Source: Pseudobdellovibrionaceae bacterium (GTDB lineage Bacteria > Bdellovibrionota > Bdellovibrionia > Bdellovibrionales > Bdellovibrionaceae). Taken from it: a stretch of DNA of 35,750 bases. The translations under genes were made by a program, and so were the position numbers. Where the stretch lies: NCBI GenBank assembly GCA_039810425.1, contig JBDHWW010000032.1:1-35750 (forward strand), given 5' to 3'. Positions 17,574-27,370 of this stretch are shown here, piece by piece. Numbering within the stretch: the stretch's first letter is position 1; each line of letters opens with the position of its first letter. Below the pieces are notes generated by a model that was given only the letters and a program-made list of their open reading frames with translations, had not been told where the DNA came from and made no database searches.

Positions 17574-19505
17574 GTGGAAGATGCAAAAGTAAAAATCTTA
17601 GTTTTAGAAGATGACAGCACATTAGGGGCAGCCCTTAAAGAGGCGTTCTCGCGTGTTGGCCATGAGGTCTATTTGGTGACAGAACCAGATGCGGCCACGG
17701 AAGTGCTCAATAAAGAGAAGATTGATATGCTTTTCATCGACTGCCTTTTGCCTCAGATAATGGGCGTAGACTATGTCACGAAGATCCGCAAGGAGCTGGG
17801 CAATAAAGCGCGCTTTAAAACTGTTCTGATGAGTGGTATCTACTCCGATAAGGATTTCATTCAAGATGCAACAAAGAAGACTCAAGCCTTTGCGTTCCTG
17901 AAAAAGCCGTTTGATTTGAATGAAGCTTTAAGGCTCGTAAAAGTTGACGAAGCCAATCGTAAAGAAGAGCCTTCGCCACGTAAAAATTTGTATCAAATTT
18001 TCGGACGCACGATGGTTTCGACTCGCGAGAAGAGAAAGCTCATCGAGTCTTTGGAAGAAGTCAGTGGTTTTGATTTGCCTTTCGTTTACAGCTTGCTGGT
18101 TGAAACAAAAAGCTCCGGGCATTTAAACATCTACGGCACGGACGGTAACGTCTCGGGGGTTTCTTTCTCTAATGGTGTGATCGTGGGCGTGGATATCGAG
18201 GATAAGACAACCTACCTCGGTGAAATGTTGATCCAAAGCGGCTATGCGACTCCTGAAGACGTGCAACAGGCCCTCAGTGATAAGAGCCCGCGCCGTCTTG
18301 GTCAGCGTATGATTCAAGCCAATAAACTAAGCCCGCATGCATTTGACTTGATTCTGACTGAACAGATGAATATCCGTTTGTCTCGTACGATTGTGGATCA
18401 AATGATCCGTATCAACTTTTCTTCGGTTGAAGTTGAGATGATTGAGCCGAGCATTGATTCAGACTCTCTGTCTTATTTTTTACATGACTGGATCGCTTCA
18501 AAGCTGAGCGCGGCATGGCTCAAATCCATGCATATGATGTGGGCGAGCTACCGTATTACACGCAGTTCGACGTATCGTGAAGATCATCCGGCATTGAAAA
18601 TGTCTTTGGTTCAAAGCCTTGAGGGTTTCTTGGAAAACCTCAATCGCGGTGTGACTTTGATGGATCTCTTAGGCCAGCCGGGCTATCACGAAGCGGCGGT
18701 TCATAAGGCGATTCATTTCTTGCTGACAAAAGGTCTGATTTCATTCTCGAAGTCTCAGGCTGTTGTGAGTCCACAAGAGCAGTTGAAAGCGCTTCGTAAA
18801 ATCTCTGTTGATTTGCAGGGTAAGAATCATCTGCAGGTGGTGGAGTACTTCGGTCTCGGTCAAGAAACCGTGGCAACTGTCAGCGGCATGGTCGATGAGT
18901 TTTTGCCGATGCTGGGTGAGCAGCCACGAGAACAAAAAGGTGAGGCCTTCAGACTCTGGGGGCAGATCCGCCAACGCGTGACGGAAGCGTGTACCTCGTT
19001 CCTCGATGCGGGCCAACGTCAGCAGTTCAAGCAATCGAATTTGAAGTCAGAAGCGGAAAAGAAATTACGTGCGACGTCCTTGCAGGAAGAGGCAAAGAAT
19101 GCTTTGCAGTTGAATCAATACACAAAGGCAGCCAACTTTATGACTCAAGTCATGGATTTGAATCCAAGCTTGCAGCAGGCGCACTTGTACAACGCATGGG
19201 CAAAGGTTGGTACCTTGGATCCGCAAAAGAAAGTTCAGCAGCTCAAAGATATCGAGTTCGAACTCATGCAGGTCCCGCCGGATGAAAAGTACGATGCTTT
19301 GTTTCCGTTCGTGACGGGTCTGGTGCAAAAAGCGAAAGGCGACGTCAGTGGAGCTCGCAAGTCTTTCGAGAAGTGTTTGGCTTTGAACTCGTCTATGATT
19401 GTGGCGCGTCGTGAGCTCAATCAATTGGCTTCTGTCGGTAAGCAAGAAGATCTTTTGAACATGGATCTCAAAAAGATGGTTTCCGGTTTCTTCAAAAAGA
19501 AGTAG
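17574..19505 (+). CDS. response regulator: REC + DUF4388/PATAN-like + C-terminal TPR
   Basis: REC LEDD, FIDCLLP, MSG, KKPF; DUF4388-like SGHLNI...VSFSNGVIV...YLGEMLIQSGY...RLGQRMI; TPR-like helices at the C-terminus. Confidence 0.82.
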   Translation: MEDAKVKILVLEDDSTLGAALKEAFSRVGHEVYLVTEPDAATEVLNKEKIDMLFIDCLLPQIMGVDYVTKIRKELGNKARFKTVLMSGIYSDKDFIQDATKKTQAFAFLKKPFDLNEALRLVKVDEANRKEEPSPRKNLYQIFGRTMVSTREKRKLIESLEEVSGFDLPFVYSLLVETKSSGHLNIYGTDGNVSGVSFSNGVIVGVDIEDKTTYLGEMLIQSGYATPEDVQQALSDKSPRRLGQRMIQANKLSPHAFDLILTEQMNIRLSRTIVDQMIRINFSSVEVEMIEPSIDSDSLSYFLHDWIASKLSAAWLKSMHMMWASYRITRSSTYREDHPALKMSLVQSLEGFLENLNRGVTLMDLLGQPGYHEAAVHKAIHFLLTKGLISFSKSQAVVSPQEQLKALRKISVDLQGKNHLQVVEYFGLGQETVATVSGMVDEFLPMLGEQPREQKGEAFRLWGQIRQRVTEACTSFLDAGQRQQFKQSNLKSEAEKKLRATSLQEEAKNALQLNQYTKAANFMTQVMDLNPSLQQAHLYNAWAKVGTLDPQKKVQQLKDIEFELMQVPPDEKYDALFPFVTGLVQKAKGDVSGARKSFEKCLALNSSMIVARRELNQLASVGKQEDLLNMDLKKMVSGFFKKK

Positions 19506-19564
19506 TTCCCTGAATCCGTATAAAATCTAATGACAGGCCTCGGCACTCGTATCACTCTTGGTGT

Positions 19565-20926
19565 ATGGGCAAAAACTTTCTTTTGGGCTGGATATTACTA
19601 AGTTCCCCTCTGGTGTTTGCGCAGGCTCAGAAACTGACGCTCGGTCTTGAACTGGCGGAAAGCCAGGCCTTGCAGAATTCGCCTGCGTTAAAAGCCGCTG
19701 CCGCAAGATGGGATGCGGCCTCGTCCCAGGCGCACACGGCGAAATCGTCACTTTGGCCTCGGTTGAGTATTGATGGCTACTACTTTTATCAAACCAATGT
19801 TCCCCAGAAAAACCTTGGGGGTGGCTCCCTGGTTTTTGGGACTCATGACAACTACGCGCTGGGCCCGGCATTGACTTACACGCTGTTTGACGGCGGCCGC
19901 GATCACAGGGCATTTGACAGTTTGTTTGCCCTCGGCGAGGCCCGTCACGCGGACTATCAAGCGTACGAAGCTCAGATGCGCTTAAGCTTGAGGATCGGCT
20001 ATTTCCGGGTGCAACTGGCAATTGAGAACCTCGCGGTGACGGCGGATGCTCTGACTCTGTCGATGGCACAGAATCGTGATATCGATCTTCGTTATAAGGC
20101 CGGCGCGGTGAGCCGCCTTGATCAAATTTCTTCGCACAAAGAATCCCTGGCTTATGAGATGCGCTTTAACCAAGCGCAGGCGGATCTTGCCCGGGCTCTA
20201 CGCGATTTGTTTGCCCTCACCGGTGGGGGTGAGGTGTATGATACCACAAGGCCGGTCTCATCAGATATTCTGAGAAGGCTTCCGCGTGGAGTTGAAACCC
20301 CGACGGTGGTCATTGATCTTGATCGAGTTGACCAGACTATGGCGTCGTTTAAAATCAAAGAAACCGAGAAACCCGCGGCCGATCATCCTGAGTTGGTGTC
20401 TTTGCAGAAAGCGGAAGACTCTTCGCGCTTCGCGGCTGCCAGCGGCCGGGGCGGCTATTGGCCGAAAATTCAGTTGCAGGCGAAGTCTCAGTTGATTTAC
20501 CCGAACTTTGTTATTCCCGAGCAGGCGAATCAGAACACCTTCGGCGTGAGTCTCAGTTTTCCGATTTTTGAAGGACAGCTGACGCCGAATCAGGTTTCGC
20601 AAAAATCCAGCGAGGCTTTGGCCGCCGCCTTTCAGCGCGAACAGCGCCGTCAGGATTTTGCTCGTGATTGGCTCAAGATTCAGAATGTGCTGTCAAACCT
20701 CCATCGGCAACAACAAATCAGCCAGCAAAATGTTCAGGAATCACGGCAAATTGAAAAGCTCACCTATGACTCTTATCGCAGCGGCCGGGTGCGCTTCTTG
20801 GACGTTCAGTCGGCAAATCTCCGGTTGCTTGAAGCCCAAGTCGCCGCGGCAGAAATTGACCATCAGGTTTTAGAGCAAGCGGCGAACCTGGATTATCTCT
20901 CTAGCAGCACAGGAAGGACTCGATAA
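19565..20926 (+). CDS. TolC-family outer-membrane efflux protein
   Basis: ALQNSP, LWPRLSI, YTLFDGG, YKAGAVSRLD, HPEL, FPIFEG and YRSGRVRFLDV repeat motifs. Confidence 0.92.
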   Translation: MGKNFLLGWILLSSPLVFAQAQKLTLGLELAESQALQNSPALKAAAARWDAASSQAHTAKSSLWPRLSIDGYYFYQTNVPQKNLGGGSLVFGTHDNYALGPALTYTLFDGGRDHRAFDSLFALGEARHADYQAYEAQMRLSLRIGYFRVQLAIENLAVTADALTLSMAQNRDIDLRYKAGAVSRLDQISSHKESLAYEMRFNQAQADLARALRDLFALTGGGEVYDTTRPVSSDILRRLPRGVETPTVVIDLDRVDQTMASFKIKETEKPAADHPELVSLQKAEDSSRFAAASGRGGYWPKIQLQAKSQLIYPNFVIPEQANQNTFGVSLSFPIFEGQLTPNQVSQKSSEALAAAFQREQRRQDFARDWLKIQNVLSNLHRQQQISQQNVQESRQIEKLTYDSYRSGRVRFLDVQSANLRLLEAQVAAAEIDHQVLEQAANLDYLSSSTGRTR

Positions 20927-21663
20927 TGAAAAACAAAAAGCCCTTGATTGTTTTGGCCGTCGTCGTCCTTGTGGCCGTGATTTATATCTTGAAGATCACG
21001 TTTTTTCCGGCAAAGTTCCTGTACGCGGGAACGATTGAAGCGACCCGCATCGATATTCCGGCGCGGGTCAGCTCTGTCGTCGCAACCAGGCTTGTGAATG
21101 AGGGGGATAAGGTGACTCAAGGACAAGCGCTGATGGAGCTTTCGTGCGAAGACTACAAGCTTGCGGCCGGCATTGCGGAAGATAATTACTCGCGGGCGGC
21201 CCGGCTTTATCGTCAAGGCGCCGAAGCCAAAGAGTCCTATGATCAGATTTTGAATCGTAAAAGAGACAGCGATCTCAAGATCGCTTGGTGTAAAATTACC
21301 GCCCCATTAGCGGGCACGATTCTGAATAAATATCACGAGCCGGGGGAAATGGTGAATCCGGGGATGCGGCTTTTTACTATGGCCGATCTGCAGGATATTT
21401 ATGCATATATATACGTCCCCCAGCAGATGATTGCGAAATTGAAACTCGGTGAAGAACTCGCCGGACTCCTGCCTGAACTGCAGAACCGTGAGTTTCACGG
21501 AAAGATCGCCCACATCAACGATGAAGCCGAGTTCACGCCAAAGAATGTGCAAACCCGCGAAGAAAGAACGCGGTTGGTTTTCGGAGTTAAAATCGCTTTT
21601 GACAATAAAGAGGAAATTTTAAAGCCGGGTATGACGGTGGAAGTAAAACTGCCTGAGGAATAA
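20926..21663 (+). CDS. HlyD/YbhG-like membrane fusion protein (short hairpin)
   Basis: GTIEA, VNEGDKV, ITAPLAG, EAEFTPKNVQT.EER..LVF and LKPGM motifs. Confidence 0.92.
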   Translation: MKNKKPLIVLAVVVLVAVIYILKITFFPAKFLYAGTIEATRIDIPARVSSVVATRLVNEGDKVTQGQALMELSCEDYKLAAGIAEDNYSRAARLYRQGAEAKESYDQILNRKRDSDLKIAWCKITAPLAGTILNKYHEPGEMVNPGMRLFTMADLQDIYAYIYVPQQMIAKLKLGEELAGLLPELQNREFHGKIAHINDEAEFTPKNVQTREERTRLVFGVKIAFDNKEEILKPGMTVEVKLPEE

Positions 21664-21666
21664 GCC

Positions 21667-22398
21667 ATGAACCTTGGTGAAATCGGAATTCAGACAGAGA
21701 ATCTCTCTAAAAAGTTGGGGCCGAATCAAGCCTTGGCCGGGGTTTCAATGAATTTCGAAGCGGGTCTGATGCATGGTTTGATTGGGCCCGAGGGCGCCGG
21801 TAAAACCACTTTGCTGCGGACTTTATTGCAACTCTTGCGGCCCGAGGCGGGGAGTGTACGCTACTCCGCGGGCGGGCGCGAAGTTCATTTCTCCGAGATC
21901 AGTCCGGGCATTGCCTATATGCCCCAACAGCAGAGCCTTTATGCGGATCTTTCCATCGATGAGCATCTTGAGTTTTTTAAAGCGCTGTATTCTATTCCGG
22001 AAGAGATTTACCAAAAGAAAAAGGAAGAGCTTTTGCGTATGACACGCCTTACGGATTTTGTCGATCGGCCCGCCGGCAAGCTCTCGGGCGGAATGTATAA
22101 GAAGCTAGGGCTGATGTGCGCGCTTTTGCGTTCGCCTCAAGTCATGTTTTTAGATGAGCCAACAAACGGAGTAGACCCGATCAGTCGTCGGGAGTTCTGG
22201 GACCTCCTTTATGCGCTGGCCGACCAGAAGATTCTCGTCATCGTTGCGACAGCATACCTTGATGAAGCAGAGCGCTGCGCGCGGGCTCATCTCATGGAAG
22301 CGGGCCAATGGATCGCAAGCGGTATTCCCAAGGAGCTTTTAGCGCAGGAAAAAGTCGCCAGCTTCGACGAATTGTTTATTAAGCGGGCGGGCTTATGA
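21667..22398 (+). CDS. ABC ATPase (YbhF N-terminal-like, degenerate H-loop)
   Basis: GPEGAGKT, LSGGM, FLDEPTNGVDP.SRREFW; TAYLDEAE in place of TH. Confidence 0.92.
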   Translation: MNLGEIGIQTENLSKKLGPNQALAGVSMNFEAGLMHGLIGPEGAGKTTLLRTLLQLLRPEAGSVRYSAGGREVHFSEISPGIAYMPQQQSLYADLSIDEHLEFFKALYSIPEEIYQKKKEELLRMTRLTDFVDRPAGKLSGGMYKKLGLMCALLRSPQVMFLDEPTNGVDPISRREFWDLLYALADQKILVIVATAYLDEAERCARAHLMEAGQWIASGIPKELLAQEKVASFDELFIKRAGL

Positions 22399-23324
22399 GT
22401 GACAAAGCGGTTGAGGTCAAAAATCTGGTGATCCAATTTGGCGATTTTAAAGCCGTCAATGACATCACCTTCGAGGTTCCGCGCGGTGAGATTTTTGGCT
22501 TTCTCGGTGCCAACGGCGCGGGGAAGACCACCACCATCCGTGTGCTCTGTGGTTTGCTGATTCCAACCTCTGGCGAAGTCTTCGTGGCGGGAATCCCTGG
22601 CAATGATCCTGCACAGATCGATGTGCTGAAATCCAAGGTCGGCTATATGTCACAGAAATTCACTTTATATGATGATATGACGGTCGAAGAGAATTTGGCG
22701 TTCATGGCCGCTCTTCGCAAGATCGACCACGGCACTTTCTTAAGGCGCAAGCAAGAGCTTTTTGAGTTTGTTTCTTTTCACCGGGCGATGGACACCACCG
22801 TCAAAGACTTGCCGGGCGGGATGAAGCAACAGATGGCGTTGGTTGCCTCGTTGCTGCACGACCCGGAAATTATTTTTCTAGACGAGCCGACCGCGGGTGT
22901 GACCTCAGCCGTTCGGGCGAAGTTCTGGGGCCTTATCAAAGGCCTCGCAAAACAGAACAAAACGGTTTTTGTGACGTCTCACTACATGGATGAGGTCGAG
23001 CAATGTGACCGGATCGCTCTCCTGCGCACGGGTGAACTCATCGCGCTAGACAGCCCCGCGGCTCTGAAAAAGAACACGTTTCCAGAGCCGCTCTATGAGC
23101 TCACGGGGCCGGAACCGATTCCCTATGTGGAGCTCGAAAAACTCAAAGCAAGCGGGCTCTTTGAATCTTTCGAACCCCACGGTTTGAGCTATCATGTTTT
23201 GCCGAAAGATCCCGCATCGTGGAAGAGCTTCCTTGATGAAAATAGTCGGCGCTTTAAATACCGCCAGATTCCGCCAACCCTGGAGGACGTCTTTATCCGT
23301 CTGGTGGAAGGGAAGGAGTCGTGA
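22395..23324 (+). CDS. ABC ATPase (YbhF C-terminal-like)
   Basis: GANGAGKT, GYMSQKF, LPGGM, FLDEPT, SHYMDE and TLEDVFI motifs. Confidence 0.93.
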   Translation: MSDKAVEVKNLVIQFGDFKAVNDITFEVPRGEIFGFLGANGAGKTTTIRVLCGLLIPTSGEVFVAGIPGNDPAQIDVLKSKVGYMSQKFTLYDDMTVEENLAFMAALRKIDHGTFLRRKQELFEFVSFHRAMDTTVKDLPGGMKQQMALVASLLHDPEIIFLDEPTAGVTSAVRAKFWGLIKGLAKQNKTVFVTSHYMDEVEQCDRIALLRTGELIALDSPAALKKNTFPEPLYELTGPEPIPYVELEKLKASGLFESFEPHGLSYHVLPKDPASWKSFLDENSRRFKYRQIPPTLEDVFIRLVEGKES

Positions 23325-24430
23325 ACTGGGCGCGGGTCCGGGCGATGTCCCGGAAGGAATTCTTTCATGTGCTGCGCGATCCATTCACCTTGGCCATGGC
23401 GTTGCTGTTCCCTGTGATGCTGACGACGATCTTCGGTCTGGCCATTGAGTTCAACGTAAAAGATATTCCCATTGCGGTCTTTGATGGGGATAAGACCCAG
23501 GCCACCCGGCAACTAATGGAAACCATGGGAAGCTCGAATTACTTTGTGATCCAGCCGGTCTATAGCCAGCGCGAGGCCCTTGAGAATATTCAATCCGAAA
23601 AATCCCGGGCTGCTTTGATTATCCCGCCGCAATTTGAATACTCCCTCCGCTCCGGACGGGAGGCGCCCGCTCAAGCCCTGCTAGATGGCTCGGACAATTC
23701 CACCATCGGCAGCGTGAGTGACTACCTGCTGTCGATGCAACAATTGGCGGCTGAAAACATTCTGGAGATGAGGTTTCCAGAGCCCGTGAAACTGCAGACG
23801 CGGTTTTTGTACAACCCTGAGCTGAATAGCCAATGGTTCATTGTGCCGGGGCTGATGGTTGTGATTCTTTCGATCCTTTCTATTCTTTTAACCTCGCTGA
23901 CCGTAGCGCGGGAATGGGAAAACGGCTCCATGGAGATGTTGTTGACCACCCCGGCAGAACCGCTCGAGATCATTCTTGGAAAGCTCTTGCCATATTTGCT
24001 GTTGGCCTTGGGCGGGGCTTTGTTTGTCTACTTGATGGCCAGAATTTTCTTCGAAGTGCCTTTCCGCGGAAGCCACGGGGTGTTTTTGCTCGGGGCTTTG
24101 ATGTTTCTCGCGACCTATCTGGCCCAAGGGCTGCTGATTTCAGTGCTGACGCGAAAACAGCAGATCTCGATGCAGTTTTCGATGATGTCAGGGATGTTGC
24201 CGTCATTGCTCCTTTCGGGATTTATCTTTCCGGTGGAGAGCATGCCGAAATTTTTCTATTACTTCACCGCCATTTTGCCGGCGCGTTGGTTTATGGTTAT
24301 TTCGCGCGACGTGTTTCTGAAAGGAGCGGGGATCGCGGATCTGCAAATTCCTTTTCTGGCGCTCACGGCGATTTGTCTTGTGATGGTGACGATCGCCGTT
24401 CGTAACTTTAAAAAGGATCTTGAGCCATGA
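23321..24430 (+). CDS. ABC-2 type permease (YbhS-like)
   Basis: KEFFHVLRDP, YNPEL, AREWENGSMEMLL and LLSGFIFP motifs. Confidence 0.92.
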   Translation: MNWARVRAMSRKEFFHVLRDPFTLAMALLFPVMLTTIFGLAIEFNVKDIPIAVFDGDKTQATRQLMETMGSSNYFVIQPVYSQREALENIQSEKSRAALIIPPQFEYSLRSGREAPAQALLDGSDNSTIGSVSDYLLSMQQLAAENILEMRFPEPVKLQTRFLYNPELNSQWFIVPGLMVVILSILSILLTSLTVAREWENGSMEMLLTTPAEPLEIILGKLLPYLLLALGGALFVYLMARIFFEVPFRGSHGVFLLGALMFLATYLAQGLLISVLTRKQQISMQFSMMSGMLPSLLLSGFIFPVESMPKFFYYFTAILPARWFMVISRDVFLKGAGIADLQIPFLALTAICLVMVTIAVRNFKKDLEP

Positions 24431-25530
24431 GAATGAATCCGACCATTCTGGGCTTTATTCAAAAAGAATTCCGCCAAGTGCTGCGCGATCCAAAGATGCG
24501 TATACTCCTATTTGTGGCGCCGATCATTCAGATGGTATTGTTTGGGGTCGCGCTTTCAAGCGATATTAAAAACGTTCGCCTGTCCGTGGTCTCCACTCAC
24601 AATGACGTGATTTTAGGGCATGTCTACCAGCGGGCTTTGAGTTCGGGCTGGTTTATTCCGGCGGTTTCCGGCAAGCCAGAGGCCTTTGAGCAAATTCAGT
24701 CCGGGGATGCGGATGCTGTTTTGGTCGCACCGCCGGAGGGTTTAGGTCCATCCATCGACAGAGGGGATGGACGCGTCCAACTTTTGGTAAACGCTTCAAA
24801 TGTCCTAAGAGCGCAAAGTATCGAGGCCTATATCAAAGCCATCACCCGCCGGGTGGTTATGGAAGATTTGAAGCTGGCTGCTGCCACAACGCCCCTGCAG
24901 TTTGATTTAAGGGTTCTCTATAATCCGACGATGCGAACGGCGGTGTTCATGGTGCCTGGAGTGATGGCGATGCTGATTTGCCTGATCACGATCTTATTGA
25001 CAAGCATGTCTGTCTCTAAAGAAAAAGAAGTGGGCACCTTTGAGATGCTGATTTCAGCGCCGGTGACGGCTCGAGAAATTATTATCGGTAAAACTCTGCC
25101 GTATGTGATTTTAGGAGTCAGTAATATTCCGTTGATTTTAGGCGTTGCGATATTTGGTTTTGACGTGCCGATGCGTGGCCGTTTTCTGGTTTTGCTATTG
25201 GCAGCATTGATTTTTGTCTGTGTCACGGTCGCCATCGGGACTTTGATCTCTACGATGACACGCAATCAACAGCAGTCGATGATGGCGGGATTTTTATTTC
25301 TCTTTCCGGCGATCCAACTTTCGGGTCTGATGTTTCCTCTTGAAAATATGCCGCTATGGATGAGGATGATCGCTTATGTAAACCCCCTCACGCACTTCCT
25401 TCTTGTTCTGCGCAATATTATGCTGAAGGGCGGTGACTGGCAAATGGTCACAAACCATCTCGTAGTTCTCGCGGTCATGGCTGTCGCTCTTGTGTGGATC
25501 AGTTTCAAAAGATTCCGCGCTACTTTGTAG
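24427..25530 (+). CDS. ABC-2 type permease (YbhR-like)
   Basis: KEFRQVLRDP, YNP, KEKEVGTFEML and LSGLMFPLENMP motifs. Confidence 0.92.
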   Translation: MRMNPTILGFIQKEFRQVLRDPKMRILLFVAPIIQMVLFGVALSSDIKNVRLSVVSTHNDVILGHVYQRALSSGWFIPAVSGKPEAFEQIQSGDADAVLVAPPEGLGPSIDRGDGRVQLLVNASNVLRAQSIEAYIKAITRRVVMEDLKLAAATTPLQFDLRVLYNPTMRTAVFMVPGVMAMLICLITILLTSMSVSKEKEVGTFEMLISAPVTAREIIIGKTLPYVILGVSNIPLILGVAIFGFDVPMRGRFLVLLLAALIFVCVTVAIGTLISTMTRNQQQSMMAGFLFLFPAIQLSGLMFPLENMPLWMRMIAYVNPLTHFLLVLRNIMLKGGDWQMVTNHLVVLAVMAVALVWISFKRFRATL

Positions 25531-25545
25531 CAGGGCCTTGGACCG

Positions 25546-27318
25546 TTAGAAGCGGTAGTTCATGCCACCGCGAAGGATAAACTGCATTTTTGAAGTGCCG
25601 GGGTCAAAGCTATATTGGCTCGCGCCCAGGCCGTAACTCCAACTCATATGTTTATCCGTGTGATAGTAAGCGGTTCCAAGCAAATTCATAGCGCCTTTCA
25701 GTTTCACATCACCGCTGCCCAAGCCTGTGAGGTAATCGAACTTGACCTCATACCAATGCATATAGCGCTGATAACGTGCCTGTGCTTTATCGCTATAGAA
25801 TGCACCCAAACCAAAACCGCTCACACTCAGGCCATTTCCTTGAATGACCTCGTAAGGGATCGACAGGCCCCACGTTCTGTCTTGGAAGTGAAAGCCAGGA
25901 GTCGCGCGCCACAATAGCTCGAGGTGAGTGATGTTCACGTTGGCTTCGCCATCCTTCTTTGTAAGCATCAGGGATTCTTTCAGGTTGAGGCCCCAATGCA
26001 GCCGCGACCAGTTCGCGTCGCTTCCCATGAAATTTTCCATCCACCACGTGACTGAGAGGTCCCCATAGAATTGCGCGGACGGCGTCCAGTATGCAAGAAA
26101 ACCGCCGACTTCAAACGGGAAGTCACGATAAACATCATATGCGGCAAGATAGGAGCTCTGCTCGTGGCTCACGCGCAAGTAGTGGCGTGATATTTCACCT
26201 GCTGGAATCTCCGTCAGGTGCCAGCGGAAGCGATTGTCTTCAAGTTTATCGACTTTTTCATTCGGGGCATTGGAGCTGACAGATGTGCCGGGCGCAGATG
26301 TGCCGCGCAGAGTGAGGTCCGGCTTGTAAATACGATCGTAAGAGTTTTGCTCGATAGAAGGGCGTGCGGCATCCATCGGGACGTCGCCTTTAACGTAAAA
26401 CTCTTGCCGCATAGGAATATTGCCTTCGCCCTTGAGGTACAAAACCGGACGTTCCGCATCGATTTTGAATTGCCACTCGGCATCGGATAAACGTTTTACT
26501 TTTTCTTCGTTAACGGGCTCCGCTCCTGAGGCCGTGATCACGAGTTCCTTCTTATCCGGAGTCAAAACCACGTCTTTGAAATCCACCGGTTTCATGCGGG
26601 TTTCCACTTCCAGCACGGTCCCTGATTGAGTCATCGCGCGGAAGCCGATATTTTCGCTTTCATTATTCAGGAAAATGACGCCTTGATAGCTGACGCTCTT
26701 GCCGTTGATTTCCACGAACGGCGTGCGTCTGCCTTGAGAGCGGGCCCGAACTATCATACGATTGTCTTTTGCCGTCAGATACAATTCTTTTGAACAAAGA
26801 TAAATACGCGTATCCTGATTTGTGCGTGAGATACAGAAGTTCATGAACGGGAAATACTTCATGTCTTCAATCAGCGCCGGATTCAGTTGATCAACGACCA
26901 ACTCCGCAAGCTGGGTGCGTCCCGCTTTGCCTTCGCTCTTTTCGGTTTCACTATTTTCGCGATTGGCAAGGAGCTTAATCGTTTTGCGATTGAAGTTCGT
27001 GGTCCAAACCGCCTTGCCGGTATTGTCTTTCAGCAAAAGAGAACCCTCTTTCAAAAGGCCCGCGGGCCAGATGAAACGTGCTTGGTACTTTCCCGGAAAA
27101 CTCACGGACGGCGCAATTTGAAAACCAAATGTCGTGCCGTCGATATCAATGTCACCGATTTTAATATGGTCTTCGTCCGCGAGGTTGTACTCAAAACGCT
27201 GTGGAAGAACTTGAATGTTATTTTTGTCAGCCTGGAAGAACAGAGGAATGGAGGCCGCGGCCGCAGTTGCGGCGGTCGCAAATACCAGTGTCAAAAAAAG
27301 AAATCGAAGTACTCTCAT
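25546..27318 (-). CDS. exported protein with beta-sandwich-like N-terminal region and C-terminal outer-membrane beta-barrel
   Basis: Signal peptide ending ATAAAA; last ~200 aa are amphipathic strands ending RGGMNYRF. Confidence 0.7.
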   Translation of the reverse strand: MRVLRFLFLTLVFATAATAAAASIPLFFQADKNNIQVLPQRFEYNLADEDHIKIGDIDIDGTTFGFQIAPSVSFPGKYQARFIWPAGLLKEGSLLLKDNTGKAVWTTNFNRKTIKLLANRENSETEKSEGKAGRTQLAELVVDQLNPALIEDMKYFPFMNFCISRTNQDTRIYLCSKELYLTAKDNRMIVRARSQGRRTPFVEINGKSVSYQGVIFLNNESENIGFRAMTQSGTVLEVETRMKPVDFKDVVLTPDKKELVITASGAEPVNEEKVKRLSDAEWQFKIDAERPVLYLKGEGNIPMRQEFYVKGDVPMDAARPSIEQNSYDRIYKPDLTLRGTSAPGTSVSSNAPNEKVDKLEDNRFRWHLTEIPAGEISRHYLRVSHEQSSYLAAYDVYRDFPFEVGGFLAYWTPSAQFYGDLSVTWWMENFMGSDANWSRLHWGLNLKESLMLTKKDGEANVNITHLELLWRATPGFHFQDRTWGLSIPYEVIQGNGLSVSGFGLGAFYSDKAQARYQRYMHWYEVKFDYLTGLGSGDVKLKGAMNLLGTAYYHTDKHMSWSYGLGASQYSFDPGTSKMQFILRGGMNYRF

Positions 27319-27370
27319 AAGAGCCTATTGTGGCCGATGGGAGCCCATCGATGCAAACATTTATCTCGAA

